60,697 nucleotides of DNA from Chiloscyllium plagiosum (GCF_004010195.1 NW_025215379.1:215804-276500), one strand, 5' to 3'. Shown: positions 13,393 through 26,760, numbered from the stretch's first letter. Translations and numbers: made by a program. The notes: generated from the sequence alone by a model not told the origin.

Positions 13393-14571
13393 CTTTATGT
13401 CCAAAAGGATGCTCTCAATGGCAATTTTTCCAGGCTCAAGTAAGTTTAAAAAGCCACCCGTTTCTTCCCTTATTGTGTGTGTGTGGCTACTTATTCACTA
13501 CTGAGTGTATTAATAATTTTTTTGCTGCCAGAAATCAAGATGAACTGAACCTTTTGTTCCACACAAGTATTGCGTTCAAAAACTGTATCAACACTCAAAA
13601 CAGAGACAGCAAACTAATTTGCCTCCAAATCCCCAAAACACTTGGGAAAATTCCATCACCGAAGTGGCCAATTAGTAAAGACCAACATCTCGGCACAGGA
13701 GAGGAGCTTCTTCTCCAATTATAGACTGGATCTTCAACAGCATGAGCAGGACAAAAGGAATTTGTGATTACAAGAGCAGAAGAGAAAATCTATGATTAGA
13801 AGAACAACAAAGGCAGGAGGAAGGGAACAGATGACTGGTGAAGTTATTTTAGCCAATGCTTCAGCACGAAGCAGTGTTTAAATAAGGATTGAGCAGACTC
13901 CAAGGGAAGCTGTGATAAAGCAAGCTTGAGCACAGTGAGTATCCATTAGGAATGGACACCGAGCTTCATCTGGGTGGAGAGGTATAGTTTGTGCTAGGCT
14001 TAGAGTTTCTGCTGTGTAAGAAAAGGAGTTTGTGTAAATTGAGCTTGTGTTTCAGCCCATCAGGTTGGTGTTGGGGGAAATTGACCTGTGGTGCTGCAGG
14101 CTATCTTACCGTCTTTTGAACTAATGCTGCTTTGATTTTATTCTCAAGACCTGAAGGATATGATTGCACTGATTTGTTTCCTACTTTTGACACATTAGCA
14201 TGAGTCACCTTAAAAGAATGTGTATTAAATATGCAAGACTTTGCTATAATTGAACTATATTTAGTTTCATCCATGAGATGACAACAACTCTGCTTTCGTG
14301 ACCCTTTTGGACTGCAGCTTTAAATACGATCTTAAGCCTGAACACTCAAATAATGCTTTGCTCTAAATTGAAACTTGTACATGACCAACATTAATTTGTC
14401 CATCAAGTATGAAAGATACCTGATTTTTTTTGACATGCCACCTAATACTGCGCTGGGCCTTAGGTTCAGAGTGGAGGTGGATGGAATGTTGTGACAATGA
14501 ATTCCATGCCAACCGAAAGGGAAGGAGAAAGGGAATTGGGTAGAGGTCAACATGTGTCAGTGTGTGACAGA

Positions 14572-14577
14572 TTTATT
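14572..14577 (-). terminator. Candidate polyadenylation signal of WDR1 (alternatives at 14950-14955 and 15289-15294)
   Basis: AATAAA on the minus strand about 0.9 kb after the stop, in AT-rich sequence without recognisable repeats. Confidence 0.4.
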
Positions 14578-15469
14578 TAAAATAAGATTAACAAAACATC
14601 TTATTTATGGCTTTCAAGTTAAAAGATTTAATACATTTTTGTGTATACAATGTTTGGCAATTGCGCTCTCTTTCTGAAGGAGAAAACCTGGAAAAAAAAA
14701 TTCAACATAAATGCTGGATAGCAATGTTACAGCACGATGCACCATTTAATAAAGCCAGCAAGAATCAAAAAATAGCCTTCAAGAAAATCTCACAAGCCGC
14801 CCTCAGGGGACAACAAAATTGATCCGACCTGAACAGTCTCATCTTGCACTCACTTGCTTCACCGTTTATCAATTGGACCTACGGAATAAAAACTGTAGAC
14901 TACACTTACAAATTGATTACGCATAGCTTAACGTTTATAGCATTAAAAATTTATTAGGTTTTTTTTGATCATCTGGAGAAAACTGGAGGCAAGAATTGTG
15001 CAGTACAGATTTCTAAAGCAAAGTAATAACATGTACAATATACAGTAGCTGCACTTACATCAATTCAGATCACAATTAAGAATTTTTGTTACTGTACAGA
15101 AATATTCTGTAGCTGTAGTTGAGTGTCTCTTGATTCAACTCAACACAACTTCATATATCTGGACTTAAACAAAAAAAAACTGCATATGGGGCTTTATATG
15201 AATAGAAATAAGGCTGTTGCCTCTGGAATGTTGAACAAACAAGGGTAAAGCTCCAGAGATTAGGTTAACAAGTGCTTTTCACGTGCAATTTATTTTCTGC
15301 TAAAGCTTTCCAAACACAGTATCTTCGATATGAACACTCAAGGTGAACTAGGATTGTGATATGGGGCCCAATGGGCAATAAAGAAATTTTCTGCTCAATG
15401 CTAATTTTCTACAGCAGCACCCTAGTCCCTGAAATCCTACATGCCCTCCCCAAAAACAGCAATTCTTGT

Positions 15470-15579
15470 TCAGTTGTAAGTGATGGTCCACTGCTTCACA
15501 CTGGCATCATGGGATGTTGTCACCAGGGTATGTTCATCCAGCCAAGCGATACCGCTTATGTGATACAACCGATGACATT
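15470..15579 (-). CDS. WDR1: WDR1 terminal coding exon with stop
   Basis: cctttag acceptor; (E)[38 protein letters not shown], matching the WDR1 C-terminus. Confidence 0.96.
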
Positions 15580-16713
15580 CTAAAGGAAAAAAGGTTATAC
15601 TTAAGTTTACACAATATTAGACAGCCTTGTAAGAAAGCATGAATTATGCACCATAGTCCTCATTATTATACAGAAATTTCTAGTCCTACTTCAGTATGTG
15701 TGAATTTAACAATTGCTTTATTAATTAACATTACTAGTATAACTTCATGATGGAGCCAAATTTAGAAAAGGTCACTGATCTGACAAATGTTCAAAATGTA
15801 CATGTTGGCATAATGCTATTAACTGTCTGAGGGTATCACCAGGTACCATTAGATAAAAGGATTGTTTCCACTCAAAATGCACTTGAAATGAATGAACTGT
15901 TTGTTTGTAATTCAAGCTTCTGCAAAAATATCTACAGTTACAAACGTAATATCAAGGAACAGACAAAATAGCAGTCCTTTATTATCTAAAATATTTGACT
16001 ATATTCAAATCAGTTTATCAAAAAATGAAAACTTTTAATAAAAGGGCATCCAGTTAGAGCCAAGAATATAATTAGCAGCATAATGACGACCATTTGGTCC
16101 CTCAAGCCTGCTCTGCCCTTTAATATGATCATGGCTGATCGGTTTGTGTTCTAAATTCCTATCGACCAATAATCTTTGAATCTCTTGCCTAACAAAAAAC
16201 AAATCTACCTACTTTCATCTTAAAAATATTCAATGACTCTCTATTTCCATGCCTTCTGAGGCATAGTTCTAAAGTTCTCATCAGCTTCAAAAACAATTTC
16301 TCTGTATCTTTGTCTTAGAAGGGTGATCTCTAAATTTTACTGCAACTCTCATCACCCCCAACAACTTCCCCACATAAGCATGACCTGATTTAAAGTTACT
16401 GCAAGTGAATAAAAATATTGAATCATTTAATAGTTTTATTGGTGCAGAATTTTGACATATTAAAATAACTTCCAAATGCAAATCTTTTAAAGTCTACATA
16501 TAGCCCTACAAATATGAATCAAGTTTGAAGAATGTTTCAAAATTAGAGCGAAAGCTTAGGCAGTTGCATAAGCAGAGTCCAATTCAAGAAAAAGGTGAAG
16601 CAACATGGACGTCTGCACAACTCAAGCAAATGGTTTGAGCATAATTCATTTAAGTTCTCTGATCCTTTTTACTAGTCTGGTTAATTCCACATGATTGGCA
16701 CTGATGTGATAAG

Positions 16714-16782
16714 CGCTGAAAATGTGTTGTTGGAAAAGCGCAGCAGGTCAGGCAGCATCCAGCATCTGCAGTCCTCACTTTC
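16714..16782. mobile_element. Collapsed PLE-derived hairpin element (family A) lacking its hammerhead centre
   Basis: 15-bp TSD CACTGATGTGATAAG at 16699-16713 and 16783-16797; outer arms of family A joined at CAGCATC. Confidence 0.8.
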
Positions 16783-17904
16783 CACTGATGTGATAAGGTT
16801 TAACCTTCTCAGCGTCTTGAATAAAAACGTTACATTCACAGAACTTGGTCCTATTTTAGCATAATTTTCAATACAGATATGTTTTTTCTTTTCTAAACCC
16901 GAATCATTAACTCAAATACAAGTGATCAGACTACAAAACTTCATAGATAATGAATGGTTGCTAAAAATAAGTTACACTAGAGGTAAGGACTAATTGTTTT
17001 ATTCTAACTTCATGGATGTGATATTGGTGTCACTAGCTAAGTCAACATTTATTGCCCATCCCTACCCAGAGGGCAGTCAAATATCAACCACATTGTTGTG
17101 GGTCTGGAGTCACATGTAGACCAGACCAGGTAAGGATGGCAGTTAAAAGGCCATTAGCGACCCAGAAGAGTTTCTGTAACAATTGACTATATGTCATGGT
17201 CATCATTAGACTCTAGATATTTACTGAATTCAAATTCTACTGTCTGCCATGACAGGAATTGAATCAGGGCCCTGCTGTCTAGCTTTCAGTTAAAATGGTA
17301 AGTTCTAATCAAGATTTTCTTTTAATCTCCACTATTCTGAGTTTAACAAACTTTTTCATGTGAACACTGTTACAAAAATGCTTCATGTTTAATTTTTCTT
17401 AGAGGTCTGAAGAAAAATAGAGCTTGGAAAAATAGATTTCTTTCTCGTTTTATGGGAATACTAGGAACAGTTCTTTTAAAAGTGGTCGATGAAAGGCATT
17501 GCTTTTTTTATTTTAATATAAACAAAGCTTTTTAGAAATAATGCAATTACTAACATCCATTTGGCCTGTTGTAGATCACAGAAGGATGTCTGTTTGAACA
17601 ATGCAGTACTTTTACATCTGTATTTGTTGGGGAGAAGCAAGCAGTTGGTTAGGAAAGGGAGCCCAGATAATCTACGATCTTTCTGGAGAGAACTCTCGTC
17701 GAGTTCAGGGTGAAACTTATTTATTCCTATTAATCTGTACATTGAAATAACTTTTCAATGTTGTACTTCCTAAGCAAGCTGGGTCTGCAAAGACTTCAGA
17801 CACAACAGTGCATAGTTACTAACTTGTGCTAGGACAAAGCAAGAATAAGCACAATGGCCAATTTTTACTTTTAATAACGTGAACCTCTGGAGAAAATTTT
17901 TTTA

Positions 17905-18123
17905 AGCGAGGTTTGAGAAGATTTGTAGCTCAGATTGAGGTTCTGGCTGTAGGTTTGCTTTCTGAGCTGGAAGGTTCATTTTCAGACGTTTCGACACCAT
18001 ACTAGGTAACATCTTCAGTGGACCACCTGGCAAAGCCCGGAGGCCCACTGAAGAGGTTACTTAGTAGGGTGACGAAACGTCTGGAAATGAACCTTCCAGC
18101 TCAGCGAGCAAACCTACATCCAG
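17905..18123. mobile_element. Penelope inverted-pLTR mini-element (family B) with hammerhead motifs on both strands
   Basis: Inverted arms 17943-18021 and 18045-18123; leader and end match the Penelope at 45153-46540. Confidence 0.8.
18045..18084 (+). ncRNA. Minimal type-I hammerhead ribozyme motif
   Basis: CCA-CUGAAGA-G-GUUACU/uagua/GGGUGAC-GAAA-CG-UC^UGG; stem I CCA/UGG. Confidence 0.72.
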
Positions 18124-18167
18124 CAATTTTTTCTCTTTTCCTGAAGGGTGTGCATGCACTGGGTTAC

Positions 18168-18383
18168 AAGTGTGGTGCTGGAAAAGCACAGGTCAGGCAG
18201 CATCCGAGAAGCAGGAGAGTCGATGTTTCGAGTATAAGCACTTCATCAGGAACGAAGACATTGTTGATGAAGAGCTTATGCTTGAAATGTCTTCTGCTCC
18301 TTGGATGCTGCCTGAACTTCTGGCTTTTCCAGCACCACACTTTTGACTCTGATTTCCAGCATCTGTAGTCTTCACTTTCTCCT
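18168..18383. mobile_element. Degenerate family A PLE palindrome
   Basis: Inverted arms GTGTGGTGCTGGAAAAGC...GCTTTTCCAGCACCACAC with decayed hammerhead cores. Confidence 0.75.
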
Positions 18384-19239
18384 TATTTAGGAAGAAATAA
18401 TGTTAAGGCTTCCATATTACCACCTATATAAGTTAATCAATTATTGCATCTTTTGTGAAACTTTGTTTTGATAATAAACCAATTGTTATGTTTATTGAAG
18501 TCGTCAATGGATATTTTTAAATTTAAACATTGATATAGTTAAGTCATTTAAATTGCCTGTCACTAACTGGGGAAAGCTTTAGTTGGTGTTGTGACCTGTA
18601 GAAGTAGCAGAAGTGTTTGTCACCAGCCTTGGGTATTACAGCATCTGCCAATGTTAGTCTAAGTACACAACAATGCAAAGTCTTGTTTTGTAAAAATTGA
18701 GGATATACATTTCCTTCAAAATCTTGTTTTTCTGCCAATGAACTAGAGTTCCTGTGAAAATTCATATTTTACAGGTGTTCTTTGTGGTGGGAAAATACAT
18801 TTGATCCTGCACAGCACAGAATATCTACTTTACTTAAAAAAGAACAACCTTAAGCTGAAATGCTTAGTTAGTCAACAGTTAACAATTTCAAATATTTTAC
18901 ATAAATAAGTTCCTTTGTCATCAGGGTAATACAATCATTTGAGAACAGCTAAGACTGATCAGCTGTTGCTTAGTTGATCATCGTAATATCTTGGATTGGA
19001 AGTTCTGGAAGTCTCATCCCAGTTCATCACTACGATCACTTATAGTATCAATATGCATTTGCTCAGAGGCCAGAATCATGGTTGGTGAGAGAAGCAGAAA
19101 CAAACACTGAGGATTGTATCAAAGGCTTTCTTCAAGTTGGAGCTAAAATCATTGTTACAAATGCAGCCAATGTTACATCCTTTCTTAGTATGATCAATGA
19201 GAGGCAATAGGTGGGAAAAATGCAAAAAGCATTAACACT

Positions 19240-19578
19240 TAGACAGCACGGAAACAGACCCTTCAGTCCAACTACTCCATGCAGAGCATAATCCCAAACT
19301 AAACTAGTTCTACTTTCCTGCTCCTGACCCATAGCTCTCCTAACCTTTCCTATTCATGTACTTATCCAAAAGTCTTTTAAACATTGTAATTGTACCGAGA
19401 TCCACCACTTCCTCAGGACGTTCAATTCACATGTGAACATTCTTAAAAACATTTGCCTCATGTCTTTTTTTTAAATCTCTCACCATAAAAAAAAAAGTGT
19501 CGCCAGTCTTGAAATCCCCCATTCCATGAAAAAGACAACTATCAATCTGTCCGTACCTCAACTTCTATCAGGTCAACC
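19240..19578 (-). mobile_element. CR1 3' fragment
   Basis: Reverse complement resembles 60330-60636 and 43735-43980. Confidence 0.7.
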
Positions 19579-19619
19579 TAAGACACTAAAATCCATTATG
19601 CTCTAGTGAAACTCAATTC

Positions 19620-21067
19620 AAAGGAAGGATAGAAAAAGAAGTTAAAAATGGATAATGGAATGGACATTAAAAAGGCACACTTAAAAGCAAATTGTAAATA
19701 CCTTGTAGTTTGAATACTTTATGAATATCCTTCAGGGTCCAGATGAAGACTAATCCATCCATCCCACCAGTTGCAAAATGTTGATTGTCTGGAGACCATG
19801 CTAAACAGAGAACTTTAGCGTGATGCCCATAGTAGCTCTCTGTCTCCTATTAAAACACAAATTTTGTTAAAACACAGTTCATCTCCTTCCAACACAGTCC
19901 CATCTACACAAATCTTGAATATTTTTACATGACTAAAAACAACAAAAACTCTTTCTAATAGATTACTAGATAGAAAGGATATAGAGGCAGTACAAGAAAA
20001 TGGCATGAAGAAGATGATCAGTTCGACTTGCAGCAGACTCGATGGGTGAATGGTCTATTTTGTATTTTATGATGAAAGATTTATCTACTGGAGATGCAAA
20101 ATATCAACCAATACAATGTCTGAACCTACAGCATAGTCTCAATTTGGGAACAGCCAAGTCCCTTTGACCTAATCCCATAATTGCAGGAAGTAATTTTTAA
20201 AAGACTTCGAGAATTCAAAGCAGATCTAATTTGCTTTGATCTCAGCAATACAGTGTTACATCAGTCACTGCATTCGTTACTTAAGATCTCCATTATCAGA
20301 CATTCCTACAAGATTTTAAACAGAAACCAAATTTGGGAAAAGTGTTTTGCTCCACGTTCATTCCTCAACCTAGTCTTGCAAACGGTCATCACAATATGGT
20401 TGTGCCATTGCTATCGACCCTCAAATTATTCATTTGACTCTTCTTCGCCAAGGCTACCCAGCAGGTATCAACTAAGCCTAACCTAGACCACACATTTCAG
20501 AAAAACTGCTTTTAAGGAATGGGGCCGCTGAGCAGACTTCACTACCTCCCCCCACCTCTCTTTTTAGCATTATTTTACAAAATTTTACATCTGCATTGAA
20601 CAACTTGTGGTAAAACAACATGGATGAAACCTAAGATTACAGATATGGCAGAAACAGATTCCCTTGGCGACCATCTGTTTATTCTTAGAAATATCTTTCT
20701 TTCTAAAAATAAGCCCAATCTGGATTTCAGCAAACACTACATTCCACAGCATGACATACAATAAATAATAAAGTACTGTTGAGCTACAAAGGTCTTAAAT
20801 AATTATGTTTTAAGATTTACTTCAGCTGGGGAGAAAAAAAAACCTCCATTACTTTAAATCATGAGATGAGTTGATCAAAAATGTGAACAATCATATTGAA
20901 TATTACTGAAAGCCCACAAAGTACAATTTAGATTCTTTGGGAATTACTTCATCAAGATTTCTTCAATATTAAAAATACAGGTCGAAATTATGTCGCAAGG
21001 TCTGTTCTGAACGAAAAAAGGAAGGATAGAAAAAGAAGTTAAAAATGGATAATGGAATGGACATTAA
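19620..21067 (+). repeat. Perfect 51-bp dispersed direct duplication (19620-19670 and 21017-21067)
   Basis: AAAGGAAGGATAGAAAAAGAAGTTAAAAATGGATAATGGAATGGACATTAA occurs twice. Confidence 0.92.
19702..19846 (-). CDS. WDR1: WDR1 coding exon (exon 14 eq.)
   Basis: 145 nt, AG/GT; ETESYYGHHAKVLCLAWSPDNQHFATGGMDGLVFIWTLKDIHKVFKLQ. Confidence 0.95.
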
Positions 21068-21224
21068 GCCAAAGCGAGAGTGTTAAGATGAGTAACATGT
21101 GATCAAATAACTGGCTTTGGAAAGATTTTAAACATGTGGAAAGAAGGATGAAAATTCTAAATTGCAAGGATGAAGGAGCCAATACCTCTGGCAGGAAAAA
21201 AAAGGAATGAAAGAATATGTGGAA

Positions 21225-22148
21225 GATTGGATGTGAGCATAAAAGGTATAGTTAGTAAGTTTGCAGATGACACCAAAACTGGAGGTGTAGTGGACAGTGA
21301 AGGAGGTTACCTCCGATTACAACAGGATCTTGATCAGATGGCCCAATGGGCTGAGAAGTGGCAGATGGAGTTTAATTCAGATAAATGCGAGGTGCTGCAT
21401 TTTGGGAAAGCAAATCTTAACAGGACTTATACACTTATTAGTAAGGTCCTAGGGAGTGTTGCTGAACAAAGTGCAGGTTTCATAGCTCCTTGAAAGTGGA
21501 GTTGCAGGTAGATAGGATAGTGAAGACGGAGTTTGGTATGCTTGCCTTTATTGGTCAGAGTACAGGAATTGGGAGGTCATGTTGCGGCTGTCATGTTGCA
21601 TTGTTGAGGCCACTTTTGGAATATTGCGTGCAATTCTAGTCTCCTTCCTATTAGAAAGATGTTGTGAAACTTGAAAGGGTTCAGAAAAGATTTACAAGAA
21701 TGTTGCCAGGGTTGGAGGATTTGAGCTATAGGGAGAGGCTAAATAGGCTAGGGCTGTTTTCTCTGGAGCATTGGAGGATGAGGGATGATCTTACAGAGGT
21801 TTATAAAATCATGAGGGACATACATAGGATAAATAGACAAAGTCTCTTCCCTGGGGAAGGTGGAGTCCAGAACTAGGTTTAGAGAGGGGAAAGATAAGGG
21901 ACCCAAGGGGCAACATTTTCATGCAAAGGGTGGCACTTGTATGGAATGAGCTGCCAGAGAAAGTGGCGGAAGCTGGTACAGTTGCAACATTTAAAAAATC
22001 ATCTGGATGGGTATATGAATAGGAAGGGTTTGGAGGGATATGGGCTGGGCACTGACAGGTGGGACTAAATAAGGTTGGGATATCTGGTTGTCATGGACAA
22101 GTTGGACCAAAGGGTCTGTTTTCGTGCTGTACATCTCTATGACTCTGA
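21225..22148 (+). mobile_element. 5'-truncated CR1/HER1 LINE
   Basis: KFADDTK..WQMEFNSDKC, LERVQKRFTRMLPG; tail CTCTATGACTCT. Confidence 0.88.
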
Positions 22149-23558
22149 GTCAGAAAATGAACAAGTGTGGATTTAAGGCTGAAGGTGGAAAGAGAGTTAG
22201 GGCTAAACGACAAATGATTTTAAAGTGAGGTATAAATGGGCTAGTAGGCTGGAAATCAAGTTCCACTAATCTTAAGGATGTCACCAAAATGTAAAGTCCC
22301 CAATTTATCTGTTGGGTAGATCCATGTTAACTGGAAACACAGATCAAACTTTTATACTTAACAAAAGCAGTATTCATTAGAAAGAGATTTAATTACAGAT
22401 AACAACTATGAACTGTCAATATAAAACTTAATTAGTTAAAAATCTAATTCCCCTCTGAAAAACCATAAAACAGCATGGATGAGTAAAAACACACTCCAGT
22501 AACAGTTTAATACCACCAGTCCTCAAGACTCAACGATATGTTCATTTCCCCAAGTTCAAGTTTGTGATCTTTGGCCTCCGATTGTGTCACATCTTCACGG
22601 GGTGAGGGGTGGGGATGCGGCACAGAGAGAAAGGGAGGTGGGGTGGGCAAACGAGGCTCCACATCCCATTCCAAAGGTCTGAGTGAATCTCACTATTGTT
22701 CATCTGCACAAGTCATTCAGAAATCAAAAATATGCATCAGACTGAAGACCTTTGGCATTCACAATCAAATCAGTCACAATAGCCCAAACCAAATCAGCTA
22801 CTTGTTGCCAACTAAACCTCATTTTGCATACATTCACTGGTGATGGCCCATCTACAAACAGCTTCCCCTACTGCTTGAACAAAACAATACAACTTACAAT
22901 GGGTTTCAATACCTCACTTTCTCCAAAGTGCAGCAAACCTTCCACAATCCTTGTTTTTAATCTTTTTCTATTTCACTACACAATTAAAAACATAATAAAG
23001 AGATGTCTTCACAGAACTGGATGTATCGGGTTTGGGGGTGGGGGTGGACAATGGGAAGAAGGGGGAGAGATGTAGGAATGCTGTTATGAGAATATGGAAC
23101 AGATAGAAGACAGACAGTGAGAAATGCACAATTGAGTTTGCAGATTGAATATTTTGCAAAAATGAGAAAAATGGAAAAATCAACAAGTCACCAATGAGAG
23201 AATGGAATTTCAGTGGTAGTGCTGTTACATTATGCAAAGAGGTGAGTAATGTGTCAGGCCTGGAGTTAAACAGAAAGTTTGGAATTCAGTTGGAGGTCAA
23301 ACAGGGTACGAAGGTTTCTCAAACAGTCTGGTTGAGGATGAGCATTTAAAATGTAATCTTAAAAATACTAAAAAAAGGTTAAGGTAGACCATTCTGGAGC
23401 TAGGAAAAAATGTTAAACTAATTTTGGATTGCACATAGAAAACTAGTCAATCAGATTCAGAACTTAATTGAGTCTAAGGGTTAAGCAAAATCCTGTTCAC
23501 ACATTATAACTGAAAAGGGAAGAGTCTCCTTTAACCATATTACAGGAAATAAGATTAC

Positions 23559-23735
23559 CTTGTAGTCATCTGCAACTGTAAATATTGTTGTGACTTTATT
23601 TGTAGACGAAACAGCAAGGTTCCCACCATCAGGTGAATAAGACAGAACAGACACAGGTCCCAAATGGTTTGGAGACAAAACAGAGTGTTTTTGCAGTGTG
23701 GCACCTTGAATAGAATACAGATGCACTTTGGAATC
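23559..23735 (-). CDS. WDR1: WDR1 coding exon (exon 13 eq.)
   Basis: 177 nt, AG/GT; DSKVHLYSIQGATLQKHSVLSPNHLGPVSVLSYSPDGGNLAVSSTNKVTTIFTVADDYK. Confidence 0.93.
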
Positions 23736-24517
23736 CTAATGATAAAGGTAAACATGAATCAAAGTTAAAATTGAGAACAACAAACTTTGATATTTAGCAG
23801 CAATAATACCATGTAGCACTTCCAAATGTCAAACCTGTACCTTGTGAAAATTTCACTACATTTTGTATAATGTACTTTCTGTAACAGATGCACACTTACA
23901 AATAAGTGAAAATCATTTTATGTGTGGCTGTTCAATTAAATTTCAAGTTAAGGATTAGCTTCAATTTTGCTGATAGTTTTGAAAGATCAATTCGATCATG
24001 CAAGCAAATTGCAGCAAATTAAATTACTTCACAACCATAAGCTTAATATTTTAATAAACGTTAACTTTCCCAGAAAATTAAAATGCAAACTTCAATATTA
24101 AATTTCATCAGGTGATGCAACTGGTGAACCTGTACTGCGATGATACTATGCCTTTAAAACGTGTATTTTGCCAGTTTTTTTTAAACAGAGAAAGGTTGAG
24201 AGAGGGAGATGTAGGGCGGTCTATCTAAAGCCAATAAACAGCCAGTGAGACCTTTTACTTTTTAAATGTTGGAACAATTGAAGCAGCCTGAATGGGTGCG
24301 ATCAAGCTCTCAGAGCCAGAATTTTTAGTTTTAGCTTGTCACAGTAGCTGGGGTCTTGAAGTTAGGTGTGGAAGCTCTTATTCCTTCTGTTACAGCTAAA
24401 AGCTGGCATCCTGTGCCTGCTGCTAGAATTGCATGAGAGACAACCCATTTTGCTGAATTTGCCTTTGCCAAGGGTGTGTTTATGGGATATTATTATATTA
24501 GAAATGTTAGTTGGTAG

Positions 24518-24859
24518 TCATGATTTGGAGATGCCGGTGTTGGACTGGGGTGTACAAAGTTAAAAGTCACAACACCAGGTTGTAGTCCAACAGGTTTAAT
24601 TGGAAGCACACTAGCTTTCAGAGTGACGCTCCTTCATCAGGTGATAGTGGAGGGCTTGATCGTAACAGAATTTATAGCAAAAATTTACAGTGCGATGTAA
24701 ATTACAGTGTGATGTTACAACACACTGTAAATTTTTGCTATAAATTCTGTGTTATGATTGAGCCCACTATCACCTGATGAAGGAGCGTCGCTCCGAAAGC
24801 TAGTGTACTTCCAATTAAACCTGTTGGACTATAACCTGGTGTTGTGTGATTTTTAACTT
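24518..24859. mobile_element. PLE-like inverted-repeat element (family C) with hammerhead motifs on both strands
   Basis: 39-nt leader, then inverted arms ~24557-24693 and ~24723-24859. Confidence 0.8.
24771..24805 (+). ncRNA. Minimal type-I hammerhead ribozyme motif
   Basis: CAC-CUGAUGA-A-GGAGC/guc/GCUCC-GAAA-GC-UA^GUG; stems I and II perfectly paired. Confidence 0.8.
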
Positions 24860-25204
24860 AGTTTGTTTAGTTAGTTGTACTAACTAAACTTAGTTGTACA
24901 TTATTTTGTTAATTATTTTGATAGTTACAGTTAAGCCACTTATTTTCTTTTTATCTGTATCCTAACTGTAGTGTACAAACAAAGCGTTTTGCTTAAAGAT
25001 GAGCGATTTGACCAAATTGAATCTGGAATGCCTTACGTTTACCTATAAGATAACTTAAAAAGGTTCTAGGCCAGCTTCTTAACATGTTCTGTGGGAGTTT
25101 GGATTGATCAATAACAGTACTAAACGTATATCACTCCAATTCTAAATTAAATATTTTCTGAATATGGTACACTTAAACATTTTAAAAATAAAAAGACATC
25201 TTAC

Positions 25205-25315
25205 ATTTCCTCCCACTGCCACAGTAACTCCTCCAGGATGAATTGCTACACATTCTGGTTCGTAATCAAGGTTCTCAATCGTAAAAACCTTCTTCTTGTC
25301 CTTTAGCAGTACAAT
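25205..25315 (-). CDS. WDR1: WDR1 coding exon (exon 12 eq.)
   Basis: 111 nt, [41 protein letters not shown]. Confidence 0.95.
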
Positions 25316-25999
25316 CTGTATGCAAGAGCATAGTTAGTAACCTTCTTGTAGAAGCTGTTGCTCACAGCTGGACAATTATCAGAATCAGAAAATAACTGTT
25401 TGAACATAATTTAACATGATAGAAACTATTAGCTGGTAAATACACTTTTTCTCATTGAACTGGAGACAGAATAAAGTTTGATACATTGCATATTTTATTT
25501 GATTGGGGTGGGGTGGGTCTGGGACAGTTGGTAAACTTTGATGGCTGGTTTATTATGCAGAGTGAGGCCAAAAGGGTTTGTTCAATTCCTACATGCTGAG
25601 GTTACCATGAATGTCCCTCTTTCTCAATCTCTCCAATCACTTGAGGTGATTGTGACCCTCAGGTTAAATCACCAGTCATCTGTTTAATGAGAGCACAGAC
25701 CTATGATCCGGGAGGACTTGTGCAACTTCTTATATCTTATCGTGCATTAGCCAAAAACATAGTTGCATTCCACCTACTGTTTTATGCTATCATAATTGTG
25801 TACTTAGCTTTAAAAAAAAGCTGAAAATTTCAGTCTTATACTTAGAAATAAAAATGAAAGTTCCCACTTAAGCACAATGAGATGCTATACATTCCAAGCA
25901 CTTAAAGCAAATCTGATCAATCTTTAAAAAATATGCCATTACACATATCAGGTGTGAAGTCACATAATATCCATTGTAGGTAATTTAAAAAAAAATTAC

Positions 26000-26087
26000 C
26001 TGCTCAATGCAAATAACCACCACGTAGCCACCAGGACCAACTGCTACATTCTTAGGTTGATTATCCATCTTCACTGCATTTTCAGGT
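26000..26087 (-). CDS. WDR1: WDR1 coding exon (exon 11 eq.)
   Basis: 88 nt, [33 protein letters not shown]. Confidence 0.94.
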
Positions 26088-26147
26088 CTACAAAAACAAA
26101 AGATATTCAGTACGAATATTATGTTTCTAGAACATATAGAAAAATAC

Positions 26148-26760
26148 TGTTGTCACAAAGGTTTTTTCTAAAAGTTGTTCCTTTTCAAGGATATGTGTCT
26201 TTGATTTTTTAATGAAGGGTCGGGCTCTGATTAGACTAGTTTGGTACACAGATGAAAAGGATTTTTGAGAGGCCTTTTTGTTTATATGTAAACTATGAGA
26301 TTTCAGGCCAAAGTGGTCATGTTGTAGAAGTGACCTGTACAATGAAAGGGGAGTGGTCAGCTCCCTGGCAGTTCAGTTCAGTCCAGAACTACTTAGGAGT
26401 TCAACAGTGAGCTGTGGGGAAACAGTTTGCTAAACTCTTTCTGCCCTTCTAACTTCAACCTGTAAGCATCTGTTCCTTTCTTTTAAACTATGTTTTAAGG
26501 GGGTTTGCTTATTGGGATTGTTGTATATATTCAGAACAGCATAATTAAGTCAAGTTTGGATAGACTGAGTTCTGTAAGGGTTCTTTATTCTGTTCTTTGT
26601 GTAATTTTGTGAATACATTTTTGTCTGTTTTAAAACCCAGTAGTCAGCCTCGCTAATTTACTCCGGGTAATTTTCACTGTACATTTACTGAGATAAACTG
26701 CAAAGTTATGGTCTGGGCTGCTTGCTCAAGAGTGTTTCCAGTGGTCTGGCCTAGTCCATA
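26148..26760 (+). repeat. Possible solo-LTR-like repeat; a similar-looking segment ~24131-25116 hosts the family C element
   Basis: TG start, purine-rich then T-rich organisation and ...CATAA end in both; no TSD confirmed. Confidence 0.3.

Noticed and set aside
18900..19145. Coding-looking minus-strand segment with an AG acceptor in the last WDR1 intron (possible alternative exon)
   Set aside because: Stops occur in all three frames shortly after the acceptor and there is no homology.
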